From positions 4,836,001-4,900,000 of the forward strand of contig NC_090346.1 of the NCBI RefSeq assembly GCF_035084215.1: a stretch of DNA of 64,000 nt, written 5' to 3'. Shown piece after piece: positions 12,639 through 25,289 of the stretch (positions within the stretch are counted from its first letter, which is position 1; each line of letters opens with the position of its first letter). Origin of the DNA: Heptranchias perlo (Eukaryota). The notes under the pieces are model-generated. The model saw only the letters and a program-made list of their open reading frames with translations, was not told the origin of the DNA and ran no database searches. The translations under genes and the position numbers were made by a program.

Positions 12639-13574
12639 CTGGCAGGTGTAGGTCTGAGGGGTTGTGCACGGTAGGTAGGTGTTTCCTCGCACTGGGGCTG
12701 CGGTTCCACGTCGGTGTTTCTTCTGGCTTGGAGGGGGGTGGTGGAGGGCAGGCGTTGCCCTATGTGACGGAGTGGCCTCCTGCGTTGGTGAAGGGTCTCC
12801 CCCCACCACCCTCCCCCCCTGTGGAGTGCACCTTGGCAGCTGCCACAGGCTGCTGGCTGCAACACATCCGTTTGGAGTGAGACTGTTTCCCCCAGTCTCA
12901 GGTGCAGGTAAAATCCCACACTTCCTAATAAGACAGCTGAATCAGGTCATTTAATAACCTGAAATAGCTAGATAAATATTGTCAAGTGGCATCCCGCTGG
13001 CTTTAATTGTCTGCGGGATTCCCACCAGCGGGGGCTTCGCACGCACCCCCGCACGTCAGCGCGAAACCCGGAAGTGGGCGGGATCGAGGCGGGATCCGGT
13101 CCCGCTCCGGGTTTTCGCGATTTTCGGGGCCCCCCCGCCGGGAACGCACCCGATAGTGGGTGCTAAAATTGGGCCCAGTGTGTCTTAACTTCAATCTGAA
13201 ATCAATGGCTATCATAATCTACTAGATGACTGGCATGTTGGTTACATCTCTTTGATATTATAGAGAGTAGTTTCTGATAGCAGGCCAGCCTCAAATCCAC
13301 TTCTCTGCATAGCTCTGTGCTGTACTGAGTTCAGGAGCAGGTTTTCTCTGAAGTCTGTCAAAGAGCGGTAAAATACTCTATCGCTAGCCAGGTACATTAT
13401 AGACTTAATAGAACACTGAAGTCTCTAATGGTGAGAAGTTGGGTCAGACTTTCCCACTCTTCAACCTGCTTTTCCAAGCACCTTATCCACGTTTTGTCCA
13501 ATATTTAGACACAATTAACAAGCTATGGAGCTGAATGTTTGTAACCGAAGAGAGTTTGAAAGCCTTATAAAGTG

Positions 13575-13803
13575 GGGTACAGGGTTCACCAATGTCCTTT
13601 AGCGAAGGAAACCCGCTATCTTTATCAGGTCTAGCCTATATGTGACTCCAGTCCCTCACCAACATGGCTGACTTTTAACTGCCCTCTGAAGTGGCCTAGC
13701 AAGCTACTCAGTTGTATCACCACCCTCTCAGGGAAACTAGGGATAAGCAATAAATGCCGGCCTTACCAGCAACACCCACATCCCGAGAATTAGTAATAAA
13801 AAG
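13575..13803 (+). mobile_element. 3' part of a second SINE family
   Basis: GGTTCACCAATGTCCTTTAG...GTGACTCCAG...GCAATAAATGCCGGCCTTACCAGCAACACCCACATCCC plus an A-rich tail resembles repeats I recall from elasmobranch sequence. Family name not verified. Confidence 0.6.
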
Positions 13804-14710
13804 TCAATCTACTTAGCAGTCACCCATTATTAACTCTCCTTATATCTGCTTGTAGTGATCCTAACTGTCTGCAGTTTTTCAGATGGGGTTAACCTCTCTG
13901 CCTAAAGCCAAGCGTATGTACTTCCCAGCAACTTAAAGGGAATTTTAAAAAAACTTTATTTTTGGAAAATCTACACTTCACATAAGTACATTCACACTTT
14001 TTCTGGGAATGATTTCCAAAAATTGCTCAAACAGATGGAAGGGCTCTTCAACTTTGACATATGAGGTATTGAATGCTTCTGCTGTGCAGTGTAATTAATG
14101 CCTTAAGACTTGCACTGCGTTAAAACACATGTCGAGATACAGCAGATAGTGTAACTGCAAGAGCTCTCCCTTTTTCTTCCTCAGTCCAGAGATCACAGAA
14201 TAAAATTCCTCAGCTGCCTTACCGTTAACCTGCCAATTCTAATTTTGATGAGTTTTGCCAGATCCTGCCTGGTTGTTAGGTGCAACGATACAGTCTTTCA
14301 CGCTAGAAAGGGATGGTTGACATTGGTATTGACAGCAACCACGTAGAAGCCTGGATTGCCTCTACATATGAAGTGCCCTTCATGGAAGCAAACAGCCATA
14401 TAAGAAACTAAAGAGAAAACATGTGCACATTCAAAAAGGACACTAGGTTAAAACAAATCAGATTATTACTTCAAGGATTGATAGCTAGAGATGAGCATCA
14501 CTTAGTGAATCCAAATTCAGAATAGTCCGCAAGCCTAGATTTTGGATTCCGGTTTCTCTATGTTATGGTCAATTTGCTATTGAAACATCAGGCTTTTTTT
14601 TCCAACCCCAACATCTGCAATTAGCAGCTTCAAGCTACATTTCTCTATCATCCAAAAAATATTGTCCAGGTGAGAAAGGTCAAAGACATCAAAGCAGATT
14701 TGAATTTGAC

Positions 14711-15730
14711 AGAATCATAGAAAGATTACAGCACGGAAGGAGGCCATTCAGCCCATTGAGTCAGCGCCGGCTCTATGTAAGAGCAATCCAGCTAGTCCCA
14801 CTTCCCCCGCTCTTTCCCCATAGCCCTGCAATTTTTTTTCCTTTCAAGTACTTATCCAGTTCCCTTTTGAAGGCCATGATTGAATCTGCCTCCACCATCC
14901 CCTCAGTGCATTCCAGATCCTAACCACTCGCTGTGTAAAAAAGTTTTTCCTCACATTAGCTTTGGTTCTTTTGCAAATCACCTTAAATCGACGTCCTCTG
15001 GTTCTTGACCCTTCCGCCAATGGGAACAGTTTCTCTCTATCAACTCTGTCTAGACCCTTCGTGATTTTGAATACCTCTATCAAATCTCCTCGCAACTGTC
15101 TCTGTTCCAAGGAGAACAACCCCAGCTTCTCCAATCTATCCATGTAACTAAAGTCCCTCATCCCTGGAATCAATCTAGTAAATCTCTTCTGCACCCTCTC
15201 TAAGGGCTTCACATCTTTCCTAAAGTGCGGTGCCCAGAACTGGACACAATACTCCAGTTGTGGCCAAACCAGTGTTTTATAAAGGTTCATCATGACTTCC
15301 TTACTTTTGTACTCTATGCCTCTATTTATAAAGCCCAGGATCCCGTATGCTTTTTTAACCGCTTTCTCAATCTGCCCTGCCACCTTCAACGATTTGTGCA
15401 CATATATCCCCAGATCTCTCTGTTCCTGTACCCCTTTTAGAATTGTGCCCTCTAGTTTATATTGCCTCTCCTCCTTCTTCCTACCGAAATGTATTACTTC
15501 GCATTTCTCTGCGTTAAATTTCATCTGCCATGTGTCCGCCCATGCCACCATCCTCTTGTAGTCTATCACTATCCTCCTCACTGTTCATTAAACTTCCAAG
15601 TTTCGTGCCATCTGCAAATTTTGAAACTGTGCCTTGTACACCCAAGTCCAATTCATTAATATGTCAAAAAAAGCAATGGTCCCAGCACCAACACCTGGGG
15701 AACACCACTGTACACCTCCCTCCAGTCCGA
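14711..15730 (-). mobile_element. 5'-truncated CR1 LINE (RT C-terminus and 3' UTR)
   Basis: WQMKFNAEKCEVIHFG, LEYCVQFWAPHFRKD, FFTQRVVRIWNAL; TTCTATGATTCT-type tail. Confidence 0.95.
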
Positions 15731-16974
15731 AGTTTGGATTATGAAATGAATCAGCTTTCATCTCCATTTCTAATTTGTGTGTGGATCCTTGAGTTGCTGT
15801 ATACTTGATCCAATTCTGACAATTGCTAGCTGCACAAGCCAAATATGCACGGTCGCTGTGCCACTTGCCACTAAGGCAGGCCTTGGGACTTGATAGATTT
15901 ACAAGAAAAGTCATGAATCTATTATGTGATTCATGGATGCTTTGGTCTGCCACAAATGGTTTATTTTTGGGTTGTTGTTTTTTTCTTTGTTTACTTGGTT
16001 GTCTGGTTAGTCGGTTTTTGCATGTTTTTTAAATTCATTTGAGGGTGTATGGATTTAATAACTGAAAATATAGCTGGGCCATACCCACTAATCATAAGAC
16101 ACTTGAGAACTCTCTGCCCTGCCCATTCAGATACTCGTGGGAAAACTAAAGAAAGAGATATTTTCGCAAATGAAGAACACTGCAGAACTGCAAACTGGCA
16201 CAGAAACAATAAATCTCTTCAGTTTCTTTGGTTTCAGAGATAATACTTCAATTCTTTGTATGAAGTTGGACCTCATCTCCAAGCGACATTTTATGGAAAT
16301 TCCCATTTCATCTCAATGATAATCATCATACAAAGATATACTGTATAACATCGCAGCCAATGTTTTAATATTGCTGCAATAATTTTCATTTCTCTTAAAG
16401 AAAAAAAAGTGCTTTTTGTGGTGGTCAAGGAGAGAGATATTAGTGCAAGGGAATAGTTTGCTCTCCATTTTGAGCACTCAGTGTCAGCATCAAGCACTCC
16501 CAGGTCAGCTATAACACTTACTCTGCACCAGCATAACGTCTTAACCCCAATTCTGGAAGGGCACTTCCAACTGCACCAGTATGACCTTTTCATACCAACA
16601 TTCTGTAGCTTCTCTTAGTGAGATTGTAAATCTAGTGTGAATTAGTGCTGAATTAAGCGCAGTTTTATGCTTTGGGCCCATGCACAGTGGTTTATTTTTA
16701 GGTATTGGATTAAGTCTGCCCAGATTCATTTCATGTAGAACCTTTACAACTCGCAGAAAGAGATGATTTTCATACTAACCATCCATTTTGCATTATCACC
16801 GAAGACCAATTTCACCCGCAGCATCTCTTTGTACAATTGTACACAAATTAAATTTGATTTTATGATATTTGACTCTTTGTTGGTGATGAAAATAATTTCC
16901 CATTAAAACTAAATAGATCTCAGGATGTTGGATTGCACAACAGAATAATTCAACAGCCTGTAGTCAGGCATGAA

Positions 16975-18669
16975 GGGGGAAGAATTGGATAAGGCCTGTT
17001 TTTGGGTGGGGGTAGCACGATCTGCTATTACCCCGTGCCCAATGGCGCCTGCGCAGGCAGGACGAGACTTTCGTCAGGCCTGAGGACTTACCTGCAATCT
17101 ACATTGGAAATCAGCGTTGAATTAGGATTCCATGCAATTTGCAGTTTCCCCCAGCAGGGGGAGCTCCACTCTCTTAAAGGCAGACAGTCTCTTAAAAATT
17201 TCTTAAAGGTAGCTGGTACCTGTTATTTGCTGAAAATAACAGTCTGCTGTCTGCACAGAGTCTGAACAGAGACCAGACATCACACACATAAAGCACAGAT
17301 GCAGCTCCCGTCCCTATGTTTACAAACTGATGAGATATGTTAAAACATTGAATAAAGGTTGCACACTACTAAATCCCACATCCTCCAATCTGCATGCCAG
17401 ACCTCACCAAACTGCCGATCTGAGTTTGTACCAGGTCTGCGAGGAATGCGTGCACCAAGGTTCTCTGCTGATCCACGAGAGGCCTTGGTGCAAGAGATGG
17501 ACGGAAGGAGGGACATCCTACATCCGTTGGGGGGGGGGGGGGGGGGGGCGCGCAAGAGGCCCTCCAGACAAATACCCAAAAGGCAGTGGGAGGCAGCGGG
17601 GGACGAAGTCAATGCCGGGCACACAGCAAAAGTGAACATGGATGCAGTGCAGGAAGAGGTTCAATGTTTTGACTTGAGTGATCAAGCTGAGGTCAACTGT
17701 CAAGTTGCATCTCCTACCAACTGCACCACTAACCGCATCCACTGCTCCTCGCACTACACCCCCATCACCCATATAACAACAGACTGTTTCCATCCGTTCT
17801 CAACTCTTCCAATCAGATGCTTCCTCTCACCCTCACACATTACCACTGTTGCAAACTGCCCACCCACAACTCATAGGCCAGAAACACTGGCAGCTATTCA
17901 ACCATAACAGGCACATCACCCAGACACACATCCTGCTTTCTTGCAGGAGAAGGTGGCGCATATCAGGAGGCAGCAAGGGGCAGTGGCATTTAGCCCCTCA
18001 AGCGTGTTCCGCCATTCAGTGAGATCATGGCAGATCCATATACCTGCCTTAGCCCCATATCCCTTAATACCATTGGTTCCCAGAAATATATCAATCTCAG
18101 ATTTAGAACTCACAATTGAGTTAGCATCAACTACTTTTTGCAGAAGAGCGTTCCAAACTTCTCCCATCCTTTGCATGTAGAAGCTTTTCCTAACTTCACT
18201 CCTGCACGTCCTAGCTCTAAATGTTAGGCTATGTCCCCTAGTCATTGTATTCAAGTGTAGGAGACCTCCAAAAACAGTTACAAATATCTCGACAGCCAGA
18301 AGCAATAATCCAGCCACTAACCCGTAAATCCTGCATGGTCCCTTTAAATAGTGCTGGTGGGAGTCCTCCAGGCACTCTAAGACATGTTCAGATGGTCGGG
18401 GGTAAGAATGTGTGTTGAGTTGAGTGTTAAGTCCCAAAATGTTGTCTATCACTTTAAATCAGCATTGCACACTGATTGTATCTATTTTCTCCTTACTTTA
18501 CACGCTTCCAGTGTTCGTTATCTGCACCTGCGCTAACTCCTATACCAAGATGGCGTCCAGTGCACGTCATGCTGGAAACGTGCATGCGCAGCCAAGACAC
18601 CATCTTGGCACTTTGGGAGGCCGCGTAGCGCCAAAACAACCCGGCGCTACATGGCCCAATTTAGCGCCC
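16975..18669 (+). mobile_element. Non-autonomous Harbinger deletion derivative retaining Myb exon 1 and the start of exon 2
   Basis: RAPRFSADPREALVQEMDGRRDIL...QWEAAGDEVNA, then ttcttgcAG|EKVAHIRR. Termini GGGGGAAGAATTGG and CCAATTTAGCGCCC (10/14 inverted match), flanked by GAA on both sides. Confidence 0.78.
17981..18245 (-). mobile_element. CR1 3' fragment nested in the Harbinger derivative
   Basis: TRGHSL...SEVRKSFYMQRMGEVWNAL...EIDIFL plus a CR1 3' UTR similar to 26890-27180. Confidence 0.85.
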
Positions 18670-19299
18670 GAAGAGTCACTGCATCTGTTTTAGAAAGCAT
18701 TCCTTAAGAAAATGTACTGCTGGAGAGGAGACAAATAGAGTAGTTTCATTATATTTTCATCTTATTTGTTGGCGTTCTTGTGCTATATTCTATCTCCAGC
18801 AGGGTAATGAAGCAACCAATTCAAACGCCTCTGAAAATGTTGGTCTGAAACCAGCTTGAGAATGACCATTGGATGAGCAATGACCTTTCTCTTTCCCTTT
18901 TTCTCAGTGCCAAGCCTGTGTTCACTGCCTTTCCAGCATGACCACAACTGACAAATAGCAATTTACCATTTGGGGAGTGGTGGGCATGAGTCCACGATGC
19001 TGTGCAAATTGCATTCCTTTGGTGTCTAACAAAATATAATAGCAATATGGTTGCTTCCTAACTCTGCTTGCTGCATTTTTACTTAGGGATGTACCGAAAA
19101 GTGGCCGGGGCTTCTGTGAAAAAATATAGGAGAAACTATGTACTGGACAGAAAACCATTCATCTGAGAAATACCCTTCTGTCCTGTCTGCAAGTCCAATT
19201 TTTTTTTTAGAGAATACATTCCCATGTTACTGTCCCCTTTCTATGAGATAGCTTTTCCAGTATCTCATTGCTCTGGTTACTAGCAGGGTGTGGATGAAG

Positions 19300-20870
19300 G
19301 AAGTTCATTTCCAGGAGTATTAGAGTCAATCAACACTAGGGAAGAGGGGGGATGCGCAACTCAGGCCAGAGAAACAGAGAGTTCGGGAGGGGTGCTTGCA
19401 GTTCTGGAGGAACTTACAGAGATAGGAAGGGGCATGGCCATGAAGGCATTTAAACATAAGGATCATAATTTTAAATTGGAGATGTTGGGGGAACGAGCCA
19501 AATAGATCAGCAAGGACAGGGATGATGATTGAGTGGGACATAGGATATGAGCAGCAAGTTTTGGATAAGTTGAAGCTTACAGCACATGGAGGATGGGAGC
19601 CCAGCCAGGACAGCATTGGAACAGTTGAATCTGAAGGTAACAAAAGCATGGATGAGGGTTTCAGCAGCAGATGGACTGAGGCAGGGATAGAGATGTGCGA
19701 TGTCACAAAGGTGCAAGTGGATGGACTTTGCAATTCAGCGGATATGGGGTTGGAAACTCGGCTCAGGACCAAGCAGAATGCTGAAGCTCCAAACGGTCTG
19801 GTTCAGCCTGAGATAATCACTGGGAAGGTTGATGGAATCGATGGCAAGGGTATGCACTTTGTGGTGGGGGCCATAGATGATGGCTTTGGTCTTACCAATG
19901 TTTATCTGGAGGAAATTACAGTCCATCCAAGACTAGATGTTGGAAAAGCAGTCAGACAACACAAAGGCAGTAGAGCAGTCAAGAGAGGTGGTGGAGAGGT
20001 AGAGCTGGGTGTCATCAGCAATAATGTGGAAGCTGACCCCTTATTTGCAGATGTTGCCGCCAGGGGACAATATGTAGAAGAGGAAAATGATCTTTAGGGG
20101 ATTTCCAAGGTTATGGTGCAGGGGCAGGAAGTGAAGCCGTTACTGGAGATGCTCTAACTATGATTTAATAGTTAAGAGTGGAACCAAGCGAGGGCAGTTG
20201 CACAGAACTGGACAACGGAAGAGAGGTATTGGAGGAGGATGTTATGGTCGATCAGGTCAAAGGCCGCAGAGAGGATGAGGAGAGATAATGCACACTGTCA
20301 CAGTCACAGAGGATGCGGGAAAGATGGCATGGATTTGGGAGGCAACCACACATTCAAGGTCTTTGGAGAAGATAGGGAGAGTAGAGATGGGGCAGTAGTT
20401 TGCGAGAATAGGATTCAAGGGTGAGTTTTATGTGGAGGGGGTGTGATAATGTTTTGAAAGGGAACCAATCACAATGTCAGCTAGCATAGGGGGTCAGGAA
20501 GTAAATTTGGGTGGTCAGCAGTTTAATCGGAATGGGTTCAAGGGAACAAGAGATGGATCTCATGGACAAGATGAGCTCGCAGATGGTATGAGGGGAGATG
20601 GGAGAGAAACTAGAGAGAAACAAGAGTTCAGGGCTAGGGCAGGAAGAGCCTGAAGGGAGGTTTGGCTTGATGAGAAAGGGTAAGGGAGCGAAGCAGCAGA
20701 GGGAGCTGAATGGATGATCTTGACCTTAATGACAAAGAAGTCTATGAGCTCCTCACACTCGCTATTGGAGGTGAGAGTGGAGGGGACAGGCAGAGGAGTT
20801 TAAAGAGGCAGTTGGTACTGGAGAAAAGAAGCTGGGGGTTATCCTTGCTCTCCAGGATGATCCTAGAACA
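19300..20870 (-). mobile_element. Decayed L2-clade LINE ORF2 fragment
   Basis: NFLQINIGKTKAI, PCLSPSAAETLIHAFVTFRFNCSNAVLAGLP and QFKIMILMFKCLHGHAPSYL are L2-type ORF2 motifs. Many frameshifts. Confidence 0.85.
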
Positions 20871-20958
20871 GTAGATTTATGCTTGTGCCTGTGTTCTTAC
20901 ACTATAGCAAAAAATCTGTACATTCTGTATAAAAATGTTTCTGAAAGTTTACCGTTGG

Positions 20959-21085
20959 CTTTCTCGTGCTTTACTTGTGCCCCTTTCTCGTGCTTTACTT
21001 GTGCCCCTTTCTCGTGCTTTTCTTGTGCCCCTTTCTCGTGCTTTACTTGTGCCCCTTTCTCGTGCTTTACTTGTGCCCCTTTCTC
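20959..21085. repeat. 24 bp minisatellite, about 5.3 copies
   Basis: Unit CTTTCTCGTGCTTTACTTGTGCCC, head to tail, with one substitution in copy 3. Confidence 0.97.
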
Positions 21086-22683
21086 CTATAAAACTTTGTC
21101 CCACTCAGAAATTAAGCTTAGATTGGTAAAATTGAAGTTGATGATTTAAAATGCTAATGGAAACCCTGCTTTCAAAATGTCCTTCAGTGAGATAGAATGT
21201 TTATCTAGGGTAAGGCATTAAGGCACAGATCTTTGTCAACAAGAATGAGGTACATTTTGAGGGCAATGTAAGCAGACCTCCAGCATTATCACTAATCTGT
21301 ACCATACCTTGAAAAACAGTGCTTAATGCTAACAGTGGACACAAAGCAAAAAAAAATATTTCCACTCTCCACCATTGTCATCCATCATATTAATGAGACC
21401 AAAAGCATCATTTTAGAAAAGTGACCCAGCTGTGCGCATACTGCTGGAAAGATGTTTTCATTAGCAAGAACATGGCTTTAAAAAGACTCAATTAACCCTT
21501 AGTGATTCAGAAGACCATTTTTGCAGCAAAGTAAGAGAATATACGGCTTGCGTTTTTTTATTAAGAGAATATATTAGGAATGTGAATTGTTCTGTGCTTC
21601 CACTTATTTCACAGAATCCACTGTAACCCTTTTTTCTGCAAGCAAATAGAAAAATGTACATTGTTTTAATTCAATGAGTATTGCACACTTAGGAATTTTT
21701 CATGTATTGCTTTTCATATTCCATTTTACTTACTGGCTTAAAAAAATCTCAATAGCTCATTGCATTTCATGTGACTCTATATACCTTCAGGACAAATATA
21801 TCTAGTCAGCTTTATTGCCCTTTCATGCATATCATGCTGTCCCATGCACGTGCTTAGATTTATAGGTTTATTTTAAAGTTGTAAGAAAGGTAATATTTCA
21901 AAAGATTAAGCGTGCAAAGTAACTCCAGAGTTAAGTCGCTGAGTAAAAAAATCTGTGACGATACTCTACATAAGAGTTCCATAATCATGTGAGGTGGTGT
22001 GCGAAGCTATCGTTCTCTCCTGGAGACTACTCTTAATTTCGCCCCCCCCACCCCAGCTAACCTTTAGGTAACTATAGTGTTGGACAAGCTAGCACTGCAG
22101 CAGTGTAAATCAATGAATGGCTGTTCTGGTGAAGTTTGGTTGGTGGATGGAGAAGATTCCTGCCTCTGCTTTCTGGGAGGAAATGGTTCAACTGGGGTTG
22201 CAATTTCAAACTTGGACTTTAACCATGTGATTGGGTCCAGGTAATTGATGTTCAAGCTTTGGCTGACCCACAGTTTGGATCTGATCGTCCAGAAGATGGG
22301 CAAATTTAACTCTGGGCTTGTGTTAAATAGGAATATGATAGAAGTGTGCTTAAGAAATCAACACTGCATTGATTGTAGAATGTATGTTCAGTCACATTCA
22401 ACAAATGAGAGCTTGCCCAAACAGAAAGATGTATTAAGATGTTACTCAGCATGGTTCACTTGAATAGTTGGCGGCAAGAATCTAGTTGTTGTGCCATATT
22501 AAGTGAAATACCCCTTTTCTTGTATTTTAATAAGCAACTATTGTTTGTATCACAACAATGCCCAGCACTCCATTCAAATACAGTAACAAGTGGAGAAAAG
22601 ATTCTGCCGGCATGAAAATGGACTGTGTCAATGCTGTGGATTGCAGAAAGTAAAATCACATTTATAGCAGGATAACTATATAA

Positions 22684-23540
22684 CATAGAATAGGAATCAA
22701 AGAAAGGTTACAGCACGGAAGGAGGCCATTCAACCCATCGAGTCCGTGCTGGCTCTATGCAAGAGCAATCCAGCTAGTCCCACTCCCCCGCTCTTTCCCC
22801 ATAGTCCTGCAAATGTCTTCCTTTCAAGTACTTATCCAGTTCCCTTTTGAAAGCCATGATTGAATTTGCCTCCACCACCCCCTCAGTCAGTGCATTCCAG
22901 ATCCTAACCACTCACTATGTAAAAAAGTTTTTCCCATATCACCTTTGGTTCTTTTGCTAATCACCTTAAATCTATATCCTCTGGTTCTTGACCCTTCCGC
23001 CAATAGGAACAGTTTCTGTCTATCTATTCTGTCTAGACCCTTCATGATTTTGAATACCTCTATCAAATCTCCTCTCAACCTCCTCTGTTCCAAGGAGAAC
23101 AACCCCAGCTTCTCCAGTCTATCCACATAACTAAAATCCCTCATCCCTGGAATCATTCTAGTGAATCTCTTCTGCACCCTCTCTAAGGCCTTCACATCTT
23201 TCCTGAAGTGTGGTGCTCAGAACTGGACACAATACTCCAGTTGTGGCCGAACCAGTGTTTTATAAAAGTTCGACATGGCTTCCTTGCTTTTGTACTCTAT
23301 GCCTCTATTTATAAAGCCCAGGATCCTGTATGTTTTTTTAACCGCTTTCTCAACCTGCCCTGCCACCTTCAACGATTTGTGTACATATAGCCCCAGATCT
23401 CTCTGTTCATGTACCCCTTTTAGAATTGTGCCCTTTAGTTTTCATTGCCCCTCCTCATTCTTCGTACTGAAATGTATCACCGCATTTTTCTGCGTTAAAT
23501 TTCATCTGCCACATGTTCGCCCATGCCATCAGCCTGTCTA
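22684..23540 (-). mobile_element. 5'-truncated CR1 LINE, same subfamily as 14711-15730
   Basis: ALERVQKRFTRMIPGMRDFSYVDRLEKLGLFSLEQRRLRGDLIEVFK; 3' UTR nearly identical to the 14.7 kb copy. Confidence 0.95.
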
Positions 23541-25114
23541 ATAATAGAGCAAACTGTTGATTTCATAAATCAGTAGAGCTTTACATTTGCAATTTGCCTT
23601 ATTGTCGGGTCTCCTTGACTGAAGTACAGTCTGTTGTTCACAGTCAGTTATTTAAGGCCTCATTTTATGTGCGGTGTGCAACGGCAGGGTTGGGCGGGAA
23701 GAGCCCTTGACGCGCTGGTGTAAGGCCCCGGCTATTTTAACTCCCTGGCCTCATTATCATGTTGCAGCACAGACTCCCGCCCAAACCCAGCAGGAAAGAC
23801 GAGGAGGCTGGTAGGCAGGAACGGGATTTAGTGCAGCAGGCAGCTGCCACTCGGGATCCGAGGGAACGGTCCCTGGCACCAAGGCAAGTGTTGAGGGAAG
23901 GGAAAGCCTGGGGCAGGAGAGGCCCAATGCTTTCTTGTGGGGCAACATTATCATTTTGCCACCCAGTGTGCAAAAATTTGGCTGTTTATATTTACAGAAG
24001 TAGAATAATATGTTTGTTCTCAAAAAATGCAATCTTAGGGAAGGAATTCCTAATATGATTGCTATGTATATACATCGGAACTGATAATAATGTCAAGGGA
24101 AAATACTAAGTTAGCTAGAATTAAATGCTGTCAAATTAACCACTGTTTTAAAAAAAAGTTTACTGCCTGTACAAATAGAAACTTTATTAACATAATGTGT
24201 TCAATTATTCAGAATATTTCATTGCTTGGTTCCTCTTCCCTCCACCCTCAACAAAAACAAAGATTTCATTATTTCATCTAATTCCACCAAATCTGTTTTC
24301 GTTAGGAGAAGGTGCTTCAGCTCACTTCAAACTGACTATGTCTCATTAAAAATATTGGGGAGTTGACATGAATGAGGGCATAGAGGCTCAAGCATTTCCA
24401 TCCCTCCTATCGCACACATTTTTCTATGAGTTACTGCCTCTCCCTAATCACCTTGGTTCAGTGAAATTGCTTGGCTGCTAATATTTTTCCTTTCACTGGA
24501 CGCAAATCTGCCGCACAAGACTATCCTTGTGTTTTTCAAAAAGCAGGCTTTTAACTTTAACGAAGATAGCTGCGGTTATGTGGATTATGTTATTTTTTTG
24601 TCTCATCAATTTTACTCACTGCTATCATCCCCGAAGAAATGATTTGTTATTAGGTGTCAATATTTGCACTTTTAGTAAATGTAGGCTCAGGAAATATGAT
24701 GGGAGGTGAAATTACTCATTTTTTTCCTTTGATAGACTACTTGGATTTATTGTACAGCTAAATGTGTTCCAGTAATGAACCGAATGGTATAGATTTGTTT
24801 TCAGTTCCTATTCACTGAACTGAAATATTAACTAACTGACTATTTCTTTAACCCTTCTGAGAACAGCAATCAATCAATTATATTTACACACAGTAGCCTG
24901 ATTCAATGAAGTTTGTTAGGGTCACTTGAGCAAAGGTACTTATTTTACTGATGGGGTTACAAACTTCAGTGATCTAATGGTCTACACATTTTCAGTATAC
25001 TGTAAGCAAAAGCAAATCATGGAAGGGTTTTTGGAAACTCAGACTAACAGGCCTATGACCTATTATACACTTGAGGTGCACATCCTGAAATTTTCCAGTG
25101 GCATAAGAGAATGT

Positions 25115-25289
25115 GATCCTGTAATTCCCACGGAGGTTCTCTCAGTCTCCTGCTGTAAATTTGGCAGAACCCACAGAGAAACTGTAAAGGGCCATGATTA
25201 GCTGTTTATATAATTTCTCTGGGGGTTCTGCCAATCTCCCACCAAAATTTCAGCTGGCGACTGGAGAACCCCCACAGAATTTCCAGGCC
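25115..25289. mobile_element. Palindromic MITE-like element
   Basis: Arms CCTGTAATTCCCACGGAGGTTCTC...CAGAACCCACAGAGAAA and TTTCTCTGGGGGTTCTG...GAGAACCCCCACAGAATTTCCAGG are imperfect inverted repeats. Related to copies at 42.8, 47.9 and 58.9 kb. Confidence 0.7.

Larger units (their letters stand above)
9075..13176. mobile_element. Near-intact PIF/Harbinger DNA transposon (4102 bp)
   Basis: 16 bp TIRs GGGCCCGATTTTAGCA (9075-9090) and TGCTAAAATTGGGCCC (13161-13176), 15/16 match. Flanking AGT direct repeat. Convergent Myb/SANT and DDE transposase genes. CpG-rich ends. Confidence 0.97.

Noticed and set aside
12639-12809. N-terminal extension of the transposase to 440 aa
   Set aside because: It has a non-ATG start and intron-like composition ending in cAG before ATG 12638. 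The decayed copy also begins at an ATGGGG (2601). An upstream exon cannot be excluded.
19522-20097. 191 aa plus-strand ORF
   Set aside because: Antisense shadow of the L2 ORF2.
20883-21149. Cys-rich ORF (CFTCAPFS)n suggesting a zinc finger, or a CRISPR-like array
   Set aside because: It is the translation of a 24 bp tandem repeat. There are no unique spacers, no cas genes, and the context is eukaryotic.
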